Below are positions 36,333 through 46,310 of a stretch of 64,000 nucleotides of DNA, in pieces. Location: NCBI GenBank assembly GCA_964552475.1, contig CAZKFZ010000002.1, forward strand, positions 134,160 to 198,159, in the 5' to 3' direction. The position numbers were made by a program, and so were the translations under genes. The notes under the pieces are model-generated. The model did no database searches. It was not told where the DNA came from and saw nothing but the letters and a program-made list of their open reading frames with translations. Every line of letters starts with the position of its first letter. The stretch's first letter is position 1. The DNA comes from an uncultured Candidatus Saccharibacteria bacterium. GTDB taxonomy: Bacteria > Patescibacteriota > Saccharimonadia > CAILAD01 > BJGX01.

Positions 36333-37388
36333 TTATAATAGATTCGCTTGATTTTGCGAGGACTGAATATCTTTTGGGGGCTCAATACCCAAATGCAAGT
36401 AAGCCTTGGGTGTGGCAATTCGTCCCCGATGTGATCGTTGTAATAAACCAATCTGAATCAAGTACGGCTCGTAAACATCTTCAATAGTTTGTCGCTCCTC
36501 ACCGGTAGCGGCAGCTATTGCTGACACACCAACTGGTCCACCTCCATACTGTTCGATAATAGTTGTAAGCACTTTTCTATCGGCACTCTCCAGACCATGT
36601 TCGTCGATATTTAATAACTCCAGAGTGTTGTACAATGCATCTCTATTAATAGTACCATTGCCGTGAACTTGTGCGTAATCGCGTACTCTCTTAATTAGCC
36701 GGTTAGCTATTCGTGGTGTTAAACGTGCACGATGTGACATTTGTTCTAGAGCCTGAGAGTCAACATCTATATTAAGAATTTTGGAGCTGCGGGCAATAAT
36801 TTGTTCTATTTGTTTGGGCGTATAGTACTCGAGACGATTTACTAAGCCAAATCTGTCGCGCATAGGCCCAGACAGGGCCCCAAAGCGAGTAGTGGCTCCT
36901 ACTAGAGTAAACTTGGGAAGGTCTAGCCGCAAGCTCTGGGCCGATGGGCCTTTGCCTAGCATAATATCTATTACGTAGTCTTCCATTGCAGGGTAAAGTA
37001 TTTCTTCAACCGAGCGAGGAAGGCGATGAATTTCGTCAATAAATAATATGTCGCCTTCTTCTAAGTTGGTCAGAAGCGAGGCTAAGTCGGCTGCACGTTC
37101 TATGGCCGGGCCGCTAGTGATTTTAATAGGTCGGCCAGTTTCGTTGGCAATAACGTAGGCTAATGTAGTTTTGCCCAAACCTGGTGGGCCATACAAAAGC
37201 ACGTGATCAATAGGCTCTTTACGTTGGTTGGCTGCTGTTATAGCTAATTGTAGGCTTTTTTTGATTTGGTCTTGCCCTATATATTCACTAAAATTTTTTG
37301 GGCGCAAACCGTCTTCAAAAACTTTTTCTTCAGCATCATCTATTTGACCATCTGGCTGAATTTGTTTTTTGTTACTGCGCTCTATCAT
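36333..37388 (-). CDS. ruvB: Holliday junction branch migration ATPase RuvB
   Basis: AAA+ Walker [15 protein letters not shown], sensor motifs. Confidence 0.92.
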   Translation of the reverse strand: MIERSNKKQIQPDGQIDDAEEKVFEDGLRPKNFSEYIGQDQIKKSLQLAITAANQRKEPIDHVLLYGPPGLGKTTLAYVIANETGRPIKITSGPAIERAADLASLLTNLEEGDILFIDEIHRLPRSVEEILYPAMEDYVIDIMLGKGPSAQSLRLDLPKFTLVGATTRFGALSGPMRDRFGLVNRLEYYTPKQIEQIIARSSKILNIDVDSQALEQMSHRARLTPRIANRLIKRVRDYAQVHGNGTINRDALYNTLELLNIDEHGLESADRKVLTTIIEQYGGGPVGVSAIAAATGEERQTIEDVYEPYLIQIGLLQRSHRGRIATPKAYLHLGIEPPKDIQSSQNQANLL

Positions 37389-37945
37389 TGTTTAGACACC
37401 TTTAAAGCCTGTTTAACTCTCTCTTGGGTGCTAAGATCTAAGGGTATGTTTTTGAGTACAGTAGTAGCATCTTTAGATTTATAACCAAGACTAAGTAGGG
37501 CTTGGTAAGCCGGGTCTTCGTGATTAACAGTCTGAGTTTCTACTTCGTCTACCAATTTGCCTTTGAGATCCAAAATAATACGCTGGGCAGTTTTTTTACC
37601 AATTCCACTTACAGCCGAAAACAAAGATATGTTGTCTTGCAAAATAGCTTGTGCCACCTCTTCTGTAGAATGGGCGGCCAAAATTGACATTGCTGCTTTG
37701 GGGCCAACGCCACTTACAGAGGTGAGTTGGTAATACATGTTTCTACCAGCTAAGTCTAAAAAACCATAGAGGGTGTGGTCATCTTCCTTTATGTTTTCAG
37801 CAATATAAAAAGTTTGGGTTTGAAGGGTTTGAATAGCTTCTTTTTCGCTATTGGTAATAAATACTTCATAGCCTACTCCTCCTACATCTATAATAATTGA
37901 ACTTAACAAAATATCTTGGATTGTTCCGGTTATTTTCGCAATCAT
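37385..37945 (-). CDS. ruvA: Holliday junction DNA-binding protein RuvA
   Basis: MIAKITGTI...GVGYEV N-terminus and HhH motifs [21 protein letters not shown]. Confidence 0.88.
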   Translation of the reverse strand: MIAKITGTIQDILLSSIIIDVGGVGYEVFITNSEKEAIQTLQTQTFYIAENIKEDDHTLYGFLDLAGRNMYYQLTSVSGVGPKAAMSILAAHSTEEVAQAILQDNISLFSAVSGIGKKTAQRIILDLKGKLVDEVETQTVNHEDPAYQALLSLGYKSKDATTVLKNIPLDLSTQERVKQALKVSKQ

Positions 37946-38062
37946 ATCTTATATTATACACTAAGATGTTTGTATAAGAGTGCTTATCGTCAGTGTGCTC
38001 AAGTCAAACCCGAAACCCAGAAAGAGTCGTAAGTGTATTACTGCGATTGAGGATTGGAGGTT

Positions 38063-38560
38063 TTAACGCGGAGATGTGCGATGAGAAGCGCTCGTAGAAT
38101 TCGTACTAGCACAAATTGCTATGGCCAAGGCATCGGCTGCATCGTCGGGTTTTGGCAGCTCCGGTGTTTTTAGTATTTTTTGTACCATTTGTTGCACTTG
38201 TTTTTTAGTGGCTTGTCCATAACCTGTCACCGACTGTTTTACTTGCAATGGAGTATATTCTTTTAGAGTTAAGTCGGCTTTTTGGGCAGCTAATAAAACA
38301 ACTCCTCTTGCCTGTCCTACGCTTATTGCGGTAGTTACGTTACGTGCAAAAAACAATTGTTCAACAGCAATTACCTCGGGTTGATACTTCTTGATAATTT
38401 CTTCTAGATCATCAAAAAGGATTAAAAGCCTATTGCTCATAGGTAGAGACTTAGGTGTAGAGATTACACCATAATCAAGAGTTGTGAGTTGGCCTTTACT
38501 TTTTTTTATAACACCAAAACCAGTTGTGGCCGTGCCTGGATCGATGCCAAGAATCATCAT
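38063..38560 (-). CDS. ruvC: Crossover junction endodeoxyribonuclease RuvC
   Basis: ILGIDPGTATTGFGVI RNase-H-like fold N-terminus with catalytic Asp/Glu. Confidence 0.88.
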   Translation of the reverse strand: MMILGIDPGTATTGFGVIKKSKGQLTTLDYGVISTPKSLPMSNRLLILFDDLEEIIKKYQPEVIAVEQLFFARNVTTAISVGQARGVVLLAAQKADLTLKEYTPLQVKQSVTGYGQATKKQVQQMVQKILKTPELPKPDDAADALAIAICASTNSTSASHRTSPR

Positions 38561-38567
38561 ATATTTT

Positions 38568-39299
38568 TTATAGGTTGCTCATTATCTCGTCGCTAATATC
38601 GTAATTGGCAGTTACCGACACGACATCATCAAGATCGTCGAGCGCATCAATAAGCTTGAGTAATGTTTGGGCTTTTTTTTCATCATCTACCTTTATAGTT
38701 TGGCTAGCAATCATCTCTACATCGGCTGATTCTACTTGATCACCTAGCTTTTCTCGTACAGCCTCAAGCTCATTTGCAGGGGTATAAATAATTACTTGTT
38801 CGCCACTGTCGTCTACGTCGGCAGCACCAGCATCTATGGCGGCAAGTGACACTTCGTCTTTGTCTAAACCAGGCTTGCACACAATAACTCCTTTTTGTTC
38901 AAACAAGTAAGCCACTGAGCCGGGTGCGCCCAAGTTGCCGCCATACTTAGTAAAAGTAGACTTCACATCGGGGCCAGTTCTGTTGCGGTTATCCGTCAAG
39001 GCCCGTGCCATTATAGCTACACCAGCTGGGCCATAGCCTTCATAAGTTAGTTCCTCTAGGGCAGCACTTTCTCCAGTACCAGCGCCACGAGCTATTGAAC
39101 GCTCAATATTAGCAGCTGGCATATTGGCGGCTTTAGCTTTTTGTACAGCCAAGCGCAACTTAAAATTCATCGTCGGGTCGGCACCCTCACGAGCAGCAAT
39201 AGCTATCTCGTGGCCTAGTTTGGTAAATATCTTACCCCGCTTGGCATCGGCAGCTCCTTTTTTGTGTTTTATACTAGCCCATTTACTATGCCCCGACAT
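38568..39299 (-). CDS. yebC: YebC/PmpR family DNA-binding transcriptional regulator
   Basis: MSGHSKWASIKHKKGAADAKRGKIFTKL N-terminus is diagnostic. Confidence 0.88.
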   Translation of the reverse strand: MSGHSKWASIKHKKGAADAKRGKIFTKLGHEIAIAAREGADPTMNFKLRLAVQKAKAANMPAANIERSIARGAGTGESAALEELTYEGYGPAGVAIMARALTDNRNRTGPDVKSTFTKYGGNLGAPGSVAYLFEQKGVIVCKPGLDKDEVSLAAIDAGAADVDDSGEQVIIYTPANELEAVREKLGDQVESADVEMIASQTIKVDDEKKAQTLLKLIDALDDLDDVVSVTANYDISDEIMSNL

Positions 39300-40767
39300 C
39301 TTGCACTCCTTTTACTACCTTAGATTTGGTGTTATCTTCTTTGTTTATTTTATCACGATTCAAACCTGTAGGTGAAATTGTGCGTTCTCGACGCGCCAAT
39401 ATTGCAAACGTGATTATAAGGCTGTAGTAGGCTAAAACAAAACGAAGTGGTACATTTTTAAGTTCTACTGTTGAGAATTTTAATCTAGACAAATATGCTA
39501 GTAAATCAAAAATAGTACTTAGTATGTTGTGCACATATACACCAAACATGTTGTACGCGATATTTGGCAACAAAATACCTAGTATCGCTGCTATAAATCC
39601 AATAAGCATAAGTATAGGTATAAGTGGCATAATTATTAAGTTACTAATTGGTGCCATTAGGCTTATTTGGCCAAATTTGTATATCACAAGCCCAGCTGTA
39701 GCTATTTGAGCAGCAAGGGTAACCGATAGTATATCGTTAAGAAGTTTAGGTTTGGCAGGTAATATATATGATATCTTGGGTGAAAGGATAGTTATACCAA
39801 ATAAAGATAAAAAGGAAAGTTGCCAGCCAAGATCACTAAGTAGGCTTTGGGGCTGAGCCATAATCATTGTAGCTGCAGCAATAGACATACACACTAATAA
39901 ATTTAGTTTTTTTCCATAATAGTTCGCTACTAAAAATATTGCACTCATTATGCCGGCTCTTAGTATAGACGCACTTGCGCCAGATATTATTACAAACCCC
40001 AAAATTATCCACAGCGATCCAACTAAACTACCCCATCGCCAGTTTTTTGCAAACCGTCTGTTCAAAAACCCAACCAGTATGGTGAGATTATAACCAGAAA
40101 CTGCTACGATGTGCGTAAGACCAAGTGATGTGAGTATGTCGGTACATACTTTTGGAAGTGCGCTTCGGGCACCAATTAGTATGCCAGACATAAATGCAGC
40201 TGAATCGGGTGGTAATGTATTACTCAATCCTCTCAAAAATAGTGATTTTATTTTAATCTCAACTGGCTGATTTGTGTTTACAATTTCTACCTCGGCATAA
40301 CTTATGTAGCTATCTGCCTTACCCTGACCAACTTTTAGTTTTCCATCTACCTTAACAATTTGACCTTCTTTAGCTACACCTGTAATAGCTTTTATACGAA
40401 CTAGCCCGTTTACGAATTGATTATTAATATTAGCATTACTTATATAAAAAACGTAATTTTTGTACTCATCCCACCTTGGTTCACCCTCAACCCTACCAAC
40501 TATGGTGACTTTTTGATCTTGATAAATTAAAGCACTTGGTAATTGTTGGTGTAAAAATATGTCATATCGCCATATACCCAATATAAGCCCTAATCCCAAA
40601 AATAGAATGTAGCCAATTTTGCTTTTTACAATAAATAACAAGGCAATACTTGCCGCCAAAAATATCGCATATAAGTATGGTAGTATATCAAACTTATAAT
40701 TGGCTGCCAAAATTATGCCAATCAAGAAACTTGAGCCTAATACAACTATTTGTATGTTTCTGCGCAT
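39286..40767 (-). CDS. comEC: ComEC/Rec2-family DNA internalisation channel protein (DUF4131 plus Competence domain, no metallo-beta-lactamase domain)
   Basis: Polytopic membrane protein. LGLTHIVAVSGYNLTIL core motif of the Competence domain. Confidence 0.72.
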   Translation of the reverse strand: MRRNIQIVVLGSSFLIGIILAANYKFDILPYLYAIFLAASIALLFIVKSKIGYILFLGLGLILGIWRYDIFLHQQLPSALIYQDQKVTIVGRVEGEPRWDEYKNYVFYISNANINNQFVNGLVRIKAITGVAKEGQIVKVDGKLKVGQGKADSYISYAEVEIVNTNQPVEIKIKSLFLRGLSNTLPPDSAAFMSGILIGARSALPKVCTDILTSLGLTHIVAVSGYNLTILVGFLNRRFAKNWRWGSLVGSLWIILGFVIISGASASILRAGIMSAIFLVANYYGKKLNLLVCMSIAAATMIMAQPQSLLSDLGWQLSFLSLFGITILSPKISYILPAKPKLLNDILSVTLAAQIATAGLVIYKFGQISLMAPISNLIIMPLIPILMLIGFIAAILGILLPNIAYNMFGVYVHNILSTIFDLLAYLSRLKFSTVELKNVPLRFVLAYYSLIITFAILARRERTISPTGLNRDKINKEDNTKSKVVKGVQDVGA

Positions 40768-40836
40768 CTAATCACTATATGAGCTTGAGCTTTTTAACAC
40801 CAAGCTTGAGCAAAATAAAAAGCTAGAATATTGATT

Positions 40837-41391
40837 CTAGCTTGTGGTGGGTGGTCGCATCATTAAATTATGTAGGTACTGAAAGAGTTCTCTGTTCCAT
40901 TTTGCATCTTCTAGGGCGTTGTGATGTTGGCCCTTCTGAACAGGAATATTATTAAGTGTATAGCCTTGTGTATCAGCCTGCACCATTAGCTCCTGAAGTT
41001 CGTAGTGTCGCTTAGGCCAAGACCTTGGAAAGTTCAATATACTCTTAAATAACCAAGCAAATAACACCCAATCATATGCGCCGTTGTAGGCCCAAAACTC
41101 AGGTTCTCTGTCGTTTCCAATAAGCTTTCTTAGGCCAATTTGAATGTCTATTAGATCCATTTCGAAATGTCCTACATAGGGTGCAACATTTTGCATTACC
41201 CAATGACTAGCTTGAGTCCAGTCGACATCATCATTTTCGCCATAAAACTCTCTACCATCTTCAGAAACCATGCCAATACTAATAAGTTGAAGGCTAAATG
41301 GGCGATCAATAAACTCGGTATCAAAGAAGTATCTCATCTCCACCTCTTTTGTAGCAGGGTGCAAAACCAATTTTATATTAATATATAACAA
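40837..41391 (-). CDS. DEDDh 3'-5' exonuclease (DnaQ/RNase T/oligoribonuclease-like)
   Basis: Exo I FFDTEF, Exo II AYNGAYDWVLF, Exo III HNALEDAK motifs. Confidence 0.7.
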   Translation of the reverse strand: MLYINIKLVLHPATKEVEMRYFFDTEFIDRPFSLQLISIGMVSEDGREFYGENDDVDWTQASHWVMQNVAPYVGHFEMDLIDIQIGLRKLIGNDREPEFWAYNGAYDWVLFAWLFKSILNFPRSWPKRHYELQELMVQADTQGYTLNNIPVQKGQHHNALEDAKWNRELFQYLHNLMMRPPTTS

Positions 41392-41440
41392 TCTATAACA
41401 AAAGCTTAACTACTTTTGAAAATAAAGACAGTGGCTATCG

Positions 41441-41520
41441 CATTCTACGCTTCGATAGTGCTCGAAACTAGTTTCTGGGCGCTACCTTAATACGCCGCCC
41501 TCACTTCGTGATTTAAATTC
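41441..41520 (-). repeat. tRNA-like repeat element copy B, homologous to the 5' two-thirds of copy A at 24605-24692
   Basis: Minus strand GGGCGGCGTATTAAGGTAGCGCCCAGAAACTAGTTTCGAGCACTATCGAAGCGTAGAATGCGATAGCCACTGTC aligns with copy A over about 75 nt, including the GAAAC-TTG/TAG-GTTTC hairpin. Confidence 0.4.
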
Positions 41521-41582
41521 TTACAGAATCTCGCCAAAAACAAAACCCCGGCAAGCGGGGCACTGTTTTTGGTGGGTCCGGT

Positions 41583-41650
41583 GAGACGATTGCTCTAAGG
41601 CAACCTTCGTACAGTGCTCGACCAAATCTCAAATAAATTTGTTTTTGGTT
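41583..41650 (-). pseudogene. Degenerate tRNA-Lys-like fragment (copy C): anticodon-arm-like GTTGCCTTAGAGCAATC joined directly to tRNA 3' end CTCACCGGACCCACCA, followed by a terminator hairpin
   Basis: Compared with the intact tRNA-Lys(CTT), the variable loop and 5' T-stem are missing and the 5' half is diverged. A CCCCGGC-AAG-CGGGG hairpin plus T-tract follows on the minus strand (about 41545-41575). Confidence 0.4.
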
Positions 41651-41701
41651 CTGTGCGCTGTACTCCACCGAACTACGTTCGAGCCAACAAATCTAGCATA
41701 A

Positions 41702-41730
41702 TAAAAGCTCCACAAATGTGGAGCTTTTAT
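41702..41730. terminator. Bidirectional hairpin terminator 3' of tRNA-Lys(TTT)
   Basis: AAAAGCTCCACA-AAT-GTGGAGCTTTTATTAT: perfect 8-bp stem with flanking A/T runs. Confidence 0.55.
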
Positions 41731-41732
41731 TA

Positions 41733-41809
41733 TGGTGGGTCCGGTGAGACTCGAACTCACGACACCCTGCTTAAAAGGCAGGTGCTCTAACCAACTGAGC
41801 TACGGACCC
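41733..41809 (-). tRNA. tRNA-Lys (anticodon TTT), CCA encoded
   Basis: Minus strand GGGTCCGTAGCTCAGTTGGTTAGAGCACCTGCCTTTTAAGCAGGGTGTCGTGAGTTCGAGTCTCACCGGACCCACCA. Confidence 0.85.
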
Positions 41810-41873
41810 TTGTTGTATAAAATATGTATTCTTATGTATTACCTATATATTTAACCTGATTTTATCAAAAATT

Positions 41874-43049
41874 TCAAGTTTCGAGTCTAAATTGACGCTC
41901 TCTGTTAGCTTTTCCGGCATCTTTTGCTGAGTTAGCCAATAACTCGCCCATACTACTTCTGTGCACATCGGCTAAATATTCAGCTCCGGCTTGTCTAGCC
42001 TCGTCGTAAGATGGTGGTAGTGGATATCGAACATTCAATTCTATGAGATACCATTTATTGCCATCGTATGCTACATCGATAGCGCCATGTAGATACTTAA
42101 CATCACCATACTCCAACATGCCTGCAACAACTTCTTTAGCCATAGCATCAAGATCGGGAGGTAGTCCTTGTTCAATATCCATCAGTAGCCACTCGTCTTC
42201 GTGGGTCGATTTATTCCTAACAAACGTATCTGTTTTTTCTTTTGGATAAAAAACTCTTGCAAAAGGAATTATTCGTTGTTGGTCTTCTCTAGTAGCATCC
42301 CAGTAAATCATTAGTCTTACTTCTTTAGGGTTGTGAATTCCTAGCTCGTACGGTTTTTGGCAAGATTCTATAATATGTATACCCCTTGGAAATGGCTTAC
42401 TTGTATCAACCATTTCTTGCATAACATACCCTGCACTTGTATCTAGTCTGATTTTTACACCAACTTCTCCCTGACCTACTAAATATAGTCCAGATTCATC
42501 TTGTGTAACTTGAAACTTCTCGCTATCGAATAGGTCTTTTTTTCTAGCTATTAATAAGTCTTTACTATCCCGGCCTTTGGCGGGCTTAATTACTACGGTG
42601 TCGGTTGCTATCTCACCAACTTGATCATAAAATCTCTCAGGATCTAGAACTAAAGTTAATGGTTGGTGATCTATAAATAGTTTGGCTACTCTATCTTTTT
42701 CGGAGAGTTCGCGAACTTTTTGAGTGTTTAGAACTACCGCGCCGGCTTGTTCGGCGCCAATACCAAGATCTGGCCCGTAACGACGTATAGAAGTGTTTCC
42801 TATTTCAATAGGTTCGTCGTATGGAACTGTCTTAAGGTGTCGTTGACCATCCTCGGTGGTCTCAACTAACCGATCTGGTAAAACAGTTTCATCATCAAAA
42901 TTAAACCGTTCCAAACCACGTACCACTACTGGCTCTACGCCATTTTCACGGATATAGTCTATGAGTTTTCGGCGTGGTTCTTTACTTAAGGTTTTGTCTG
43001 ATGCCTTACCCTCTCTAAAGTACAAAATACTATGTGGACCACCCTCCAT
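41874..43049 (-). CDS. ATP-grasp domain protein (about 390 aa, divergent). First of four consecutive ATP-grasp ligase genes.
   Basis: VVIKPAKGRDSKDLLIARKK (central domain Lys), QEMVDTSKP, and C-terminal HGAIDVAYDGNKWYLIELNVRYPL (Mg-binding E-x-N) fit the ATP-grasp fold. Family not assignable by eye. Confidence 0.55.
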   Translation of the reverse strand: MEGGPHSILYFREGKASDKTLSKEPRRKLIDYIRENGVEPVVVRGLERFNFDDETVLPDRLVETTEDGQRHLKTVPYDEPIEIGNTSIRRYGPDLGIGAEQAGAVVLNTQKVRELSEKDRVAKLFIDHQPLTLVLDPERFYDQVGEIATDTVVIKPAKGRDSKDLLIARKKDLFDSEKFQVTQDESGLYLVGQGEVGVKIRLDTSAGYVMQEMVDTSKPFPRGIHIIESCQKPYELGIHNPKEVRLMIYWDATREDQQRIIPFARVFYPKEKTDTFVRNKSTHEDEWLLMDIEQGLPPDLDAMAKEVVAGMLEYGDVKYLHGAIDVAYDGNKWYLIELNVRYPLPPSYDEARQAGAEYLADVHRSSMGELLANSAKDAGKANRERQFRLET

Positions 43050-43054
43050 TACAC

Positions 43055-43960
43055 TTAAGCTCCTATTCTATCTTTGCGCCTCTTGCCTTGAGCTTTTTGC
43101 ACCACGTATTCAATTATCTCTCCTGCTATATCTTCACCGGTTTGAGCTTCAATACCTTCTAAACCAGGGCTGGAATTTACCTCTAAGACCAGCGGGCCTC
43201 GCTTAGAGCGAATAATATCTACCCCTGCTATTGGTAGCCCAAGTGTACGTGCTGCCTTTAGGGCTATATTTGTTTCTTTCTTAGTAAGTTCTACCGGCAT
43301 AGAAGTGCCTCCACGGTGCAGATTACTTCTAAATTCGCCTTCTTGCCCCTTGCGCATCATTGCACCCACTACCCTATCACCTACTACTATCACTCTTATG
43401 TCGGCACCATGAGCTTCTTCAATAAACTCTTGGATTAGTATGTTGGCACCAAGCCCATAGAACGCCTCAATAACTGACTTGGCGGCCTTGCGTGTCTCAG
43501 CCAAAACCACACCAATACCTTGCGTACCCTCAAGTAGTTTAATAACGACCGGTGCGCCACCTACCAAATCTATTAATTCATCGGTGTCTTGCGACTGACG
43601 AGCAAAGGCTGTTTTTGGTATACCAACTCCAGAACGAGCAAGTAGTTGCAAGCTACGCAATTTATCACGTGAGCGCACGAGGGCAAGGGATGATACAGAT
43701 GTGTAGGCACGCATCATTTCAAATTGTCGCAGTACTGCACTACCAAAGGATGTTACCGAAGGGCCAATACGGGGTATTACTACATCGATATCTTCAAGCC
43801 GTTCGCCGTCGTAAACAATACCAGATTTGTTTCGCTCAATATCTACGTAGCATTTGGCATGATTTATAATAATAGCTTCATGACCACGTTTTTTGGCAGC
43901 TTCAACAAAGCGCTGAGGCGAATAAAGTTTTGGACTTCTTGAGAGTATAACAATTTTCAT
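43055..43960 (-). CDS. rimK: RimK-family alpha-L-glutamate ligase (ATP-grasp)
   Basis: Near-canonical RimK: [65 protein letters not shown]. Confidence 0.85.
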   Translation of the reverse strand: MKIVILSRSPKLYSPQRFVEAAKKRGHEAIIINHAKCYVDIERNKSGIVYDGERLEDIDVVIPRIGPSVTSFGSAVLRQFEMMRAYTSVSSLALVRSRDKLRSLQLLARSGVGIPKTAFARQSQDTDELIDLVGGAPVVIKLLEGTQGIGVVLAETRKAAKSVIEAFYGLGANILIQEFIEEAHGADIRVIVVGDRVVGAMMRKGQEGEFRSNLHRGGTSMPVELTKKETNIALKAARTLGLPIAGVDIIRSKRGPLVLEVNSSPGLEGIEAQTGEDIAGEIIEYVVQKAQGKRRKDRIGA

Positions 43961-43978
43961 ATTCTTCTACCGTACCAT

Positions 43979-45310
43979 TTATCTTATAGGTTTATCAACA
44001 TCAACTACAAAACGACGGCGCAGTGCAAATCTCCCCAACAACACAGGTCGTGGCATTACACTACGATCGGTTAGGCTAAATCGTGTTTTTATAGTTTTTC
44101 CGTTAATACTCACATTTAGCCATATCAAAAATCTTGATTGTTTTTGACCAAATGAGTTGTATACTTCAATAGATTCGTATTCTTGAGTGCAGATTGGGTC
44201 TGGCAAAAAATCCTTGTGTGATTCATCTAAAGGATAAAAACATAGCATGGGTTTGTCGCCACCCCTGTCTTTTACCTCTATCTTACTCACGTGCAAAACA
44301 CTGTAGTATGCACCAGTATCAACTTTGGCTTTTACGTCTAGTAGTCCTAGTTTGGGAAAGTCTACTCTTAGTTTTGCCGGTATAAGTTCTTTAGCTTTAT
44401 GCTTTTTATTGGCCGACTCTTCTATAAACTCTGCAAAAGCTTGCATTTTATCTTCTTTAAAAGCTCCAGAGTTTATTTGTGGTGCATAGTTAACTTCTAA
44501 AATAGAGTGCTTTTTAGTTTTTAAATTTACAATTACGTCAACTCCAGCAATTTGCCGGTAGGTAGATTGAGTGGCATGAATAGCATCTTTTAAGAGTCTT
44601 TTGGGGAGTGAATCTGGACGTACCAACAGTACATTGGCGCCTTGTGAAGAATTATTTAAGTGACTTTTTTCACTTGTTCTTTTTCTATGTATAACAGTCC
44701 TAACTTGATCACCAAAAACAACCACTCTATAGTCGCCTTCATTAGGTATGAAATTTTGCACTAGCCATTGCTCGTTTGGTTTTTCTACTTGTATTTTTCT
44801 GAGTTCAGAAATAGTGTATACTAAATGATTATTTTTGCCCTTAGAACCCTCCCAAGATTTAATTACCAGTGGAAACTTAAAATCTTTAGAGTTACTAAGA
44901 CTATCAGCTAAATGTTTGCCAGAAAAAATGGTATCTGGTACGGGCAGGCCATCAGACCAAAGTTTGAAATATTCAGCTGCCTTACCGCGTGCTCGAAAAT
45001 TAAGCATCTCGGTGTCAAAAAAAGGTATCTCGTGTTTTTGTAAATACAGTGCACAAGCAGTGGCTTCTTCTGGGCATCCTATCCAGAATCTAAAAATAAC
45101 TGCATTATATTTTTTTAGATCTTTATTGTTTTTAATATCTTGTATAGATGCTATATTGTTTTTTATCTTAAAAACCAAATCTTTATAAAAAGAATAATAT
45201 ACATCTAGGTTTGGTGCACTTTCTTGAAGAGCCTCTGCAATACTATGTGGGCTTTTCTCAGGTTTCTTGGGGTTTTCACCCACAAATAGTATTAGAATCT
45301 TCTTTTTCAT
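43979..45310 (-). CDS. RimK-like ATP-grasp ligase fused to a C-terminal retropepsin-like (RimB / so-called ATP-dependent zinc protease, PF05618-type) domain
   Basis: ATP-grasp core FPLVIKSWEGSKGKNNHLV, GDYRVVVFGDQVRTVIHRK, ILEVNYAPQ. The C-terminal 140 aa have an aspartic-protease-like DTGA motif (KVDTGAYYSVLHV) as in RimB-type partners of RimK. Confidence 0.7.
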   Translation of the reverse strand: MKKKILILFVGENPKKPEKSPHSIAEALQESAPNLDVYYSFYKDLVFKIKNNIASIQDIKNNKDLKKYNAVIFRFWIGCPEEATACALYLQKHEIPFFDTEMLNFRARGKAAEYFKLWSDGLPVPDTIFSGKHLADSLSNSKDFKFPLVIKSWEGSKGKNNHLVYTISELRKIQVEKPNEQWLVQNFIPNEGDYRVVVFGDQVRTVIHRKRTSEKSHLNNSSQGANVLLVRPDSLPKRLLKDAIHATQSTYRQIAGVDVIVNLKTKKHSILEVNYAPQINSGAFKEDKMQAFAEFIEESANKKHKAKELIPAKLRVDFPKLGLLDVKAKVDTGAYYSVLHVSKIEVKDRGGDKPMLCFYPLDESHKDFLPDPICTQEYESIEVYNSFGQKQSRFLIWLNVSINGKTIKTRFSLTDRSVMPRPVLLGRFALRRRFVVDVDKPIR

Positions 45311-45323
45311 ATATTAACACTCC

Positions 45324-46235
45324 TTACATACTAGCTAAAACTTTGGTTAGAGACTCTAGTTTTTCATCTACAAACTGGCCAGTCTCTAGCTGGGGAAGGT
45401 TATTTACTTCTAGTATTATGTGTTCGCCTGTATCGGTATTTACCACAAAGTCTACTCCAGTAATTTCTCGATTAAATAACTTAGCTGCTACGATAGCACT
45501 TTTTTGGTCGGTTGGCGAGAGAACAGATGTTTCTACCAGGCTGGCCTTTGCGCCCTGAGATGTGTTATTTAGATGGGTATCATCATTTTGTCGAGCACGC
45601 TTCATCACTAATTCCACTTTTTTATCAAAAACTAGAACTCTATAGTCGAAAGTATTTGGAATAAACTCTTGAGCAATAAATTTTATTTCTGGATTAGCAC
45701 TAGTAACAGCCAATACTTCTTTGTCATTTTTAGCTAGGTGATTATGACTACCACGACGGCCGTAAATGTCTTTTATTATTATTGGATAATTAAAACTTCG
45801 TTTCTCGTTCGCCATAAACTCAACAATGTGTGCGCCAGATCCAAAAAAACTTTTTGGAACTCTCAAGCCTGCGTAAGCCATTATGACATACTGAGAAAGC
45901 TTGCTATGCGATCTATAATTGAGCACCTCTGAATTCACAAACTTAACCTTGTTGTGATATAAGTAATGGGCAATGGCTTTTGCACGTTCGCCATTTGATA
46001 CCCAGTTTCTAAAAAATACTAGATCAAAACTCTTAAGCTCTTCACCTGTAGTATTGTCGCGCATAACCACGCCATTTTCATCTATACTTACAGTAATGTT
46101 TTCAAAGTAGACCAAAGTAGTGTTCATATCGTACTTTTTAGCATAACTTTTTATTTTTTTAACCAGCAAAGCCGCAGAATCAAACCTGTTTACAATATCT
46201 GGGTCATTGCCAATTATTAATACATTTTTTGCCAC
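45324..46235 (-). CDS. RimK-like ATP-grasp ligase, paralog of the N-terminal part of the 43979-45310 gene
   Basis: YPIIIKDIYGRRGSHNHLA, FDYRVLVFDKKVELVMKR, ILEVNNLPQLETG. Same pre-ATP-grasp N-domain layout as its neighbour. Confidence 0.75.
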   Translation of the reverse strand: MAKNVLIIGNDPDIVNRFDSAALLVKKIKSYAKKYDMNTTLVYFENITVSIDENGVVMRDNTTGEELKSFDLVFFRNWVSNGERAKAIAHYLYHNKVKFVNSEVLNYRSHSKLSQYVIMAYAGLRVPKSFFGSGAHIVEFMANEKRSFNYPIIIKDIYGRRGSHNHLAKNDKEVLAVTSANPEIKFIAQEFIPNTFDYRVLVFDKKVELVMKRARQNDDTHLNNTSQGAKASLVETSVLSPTDQKSAIVAAKLFNREITGVDFVVNTDTGEHIILEVNNLPQLETGQFVDEKLESLTKVLASM

Positions 46236-46310
46236 TTCTTTACTTCCTTTCGTAATCTGAAGATTCTACCATTTATTGGTATTATAATCAAGACTTTTAT
46301 TATTTACTTG

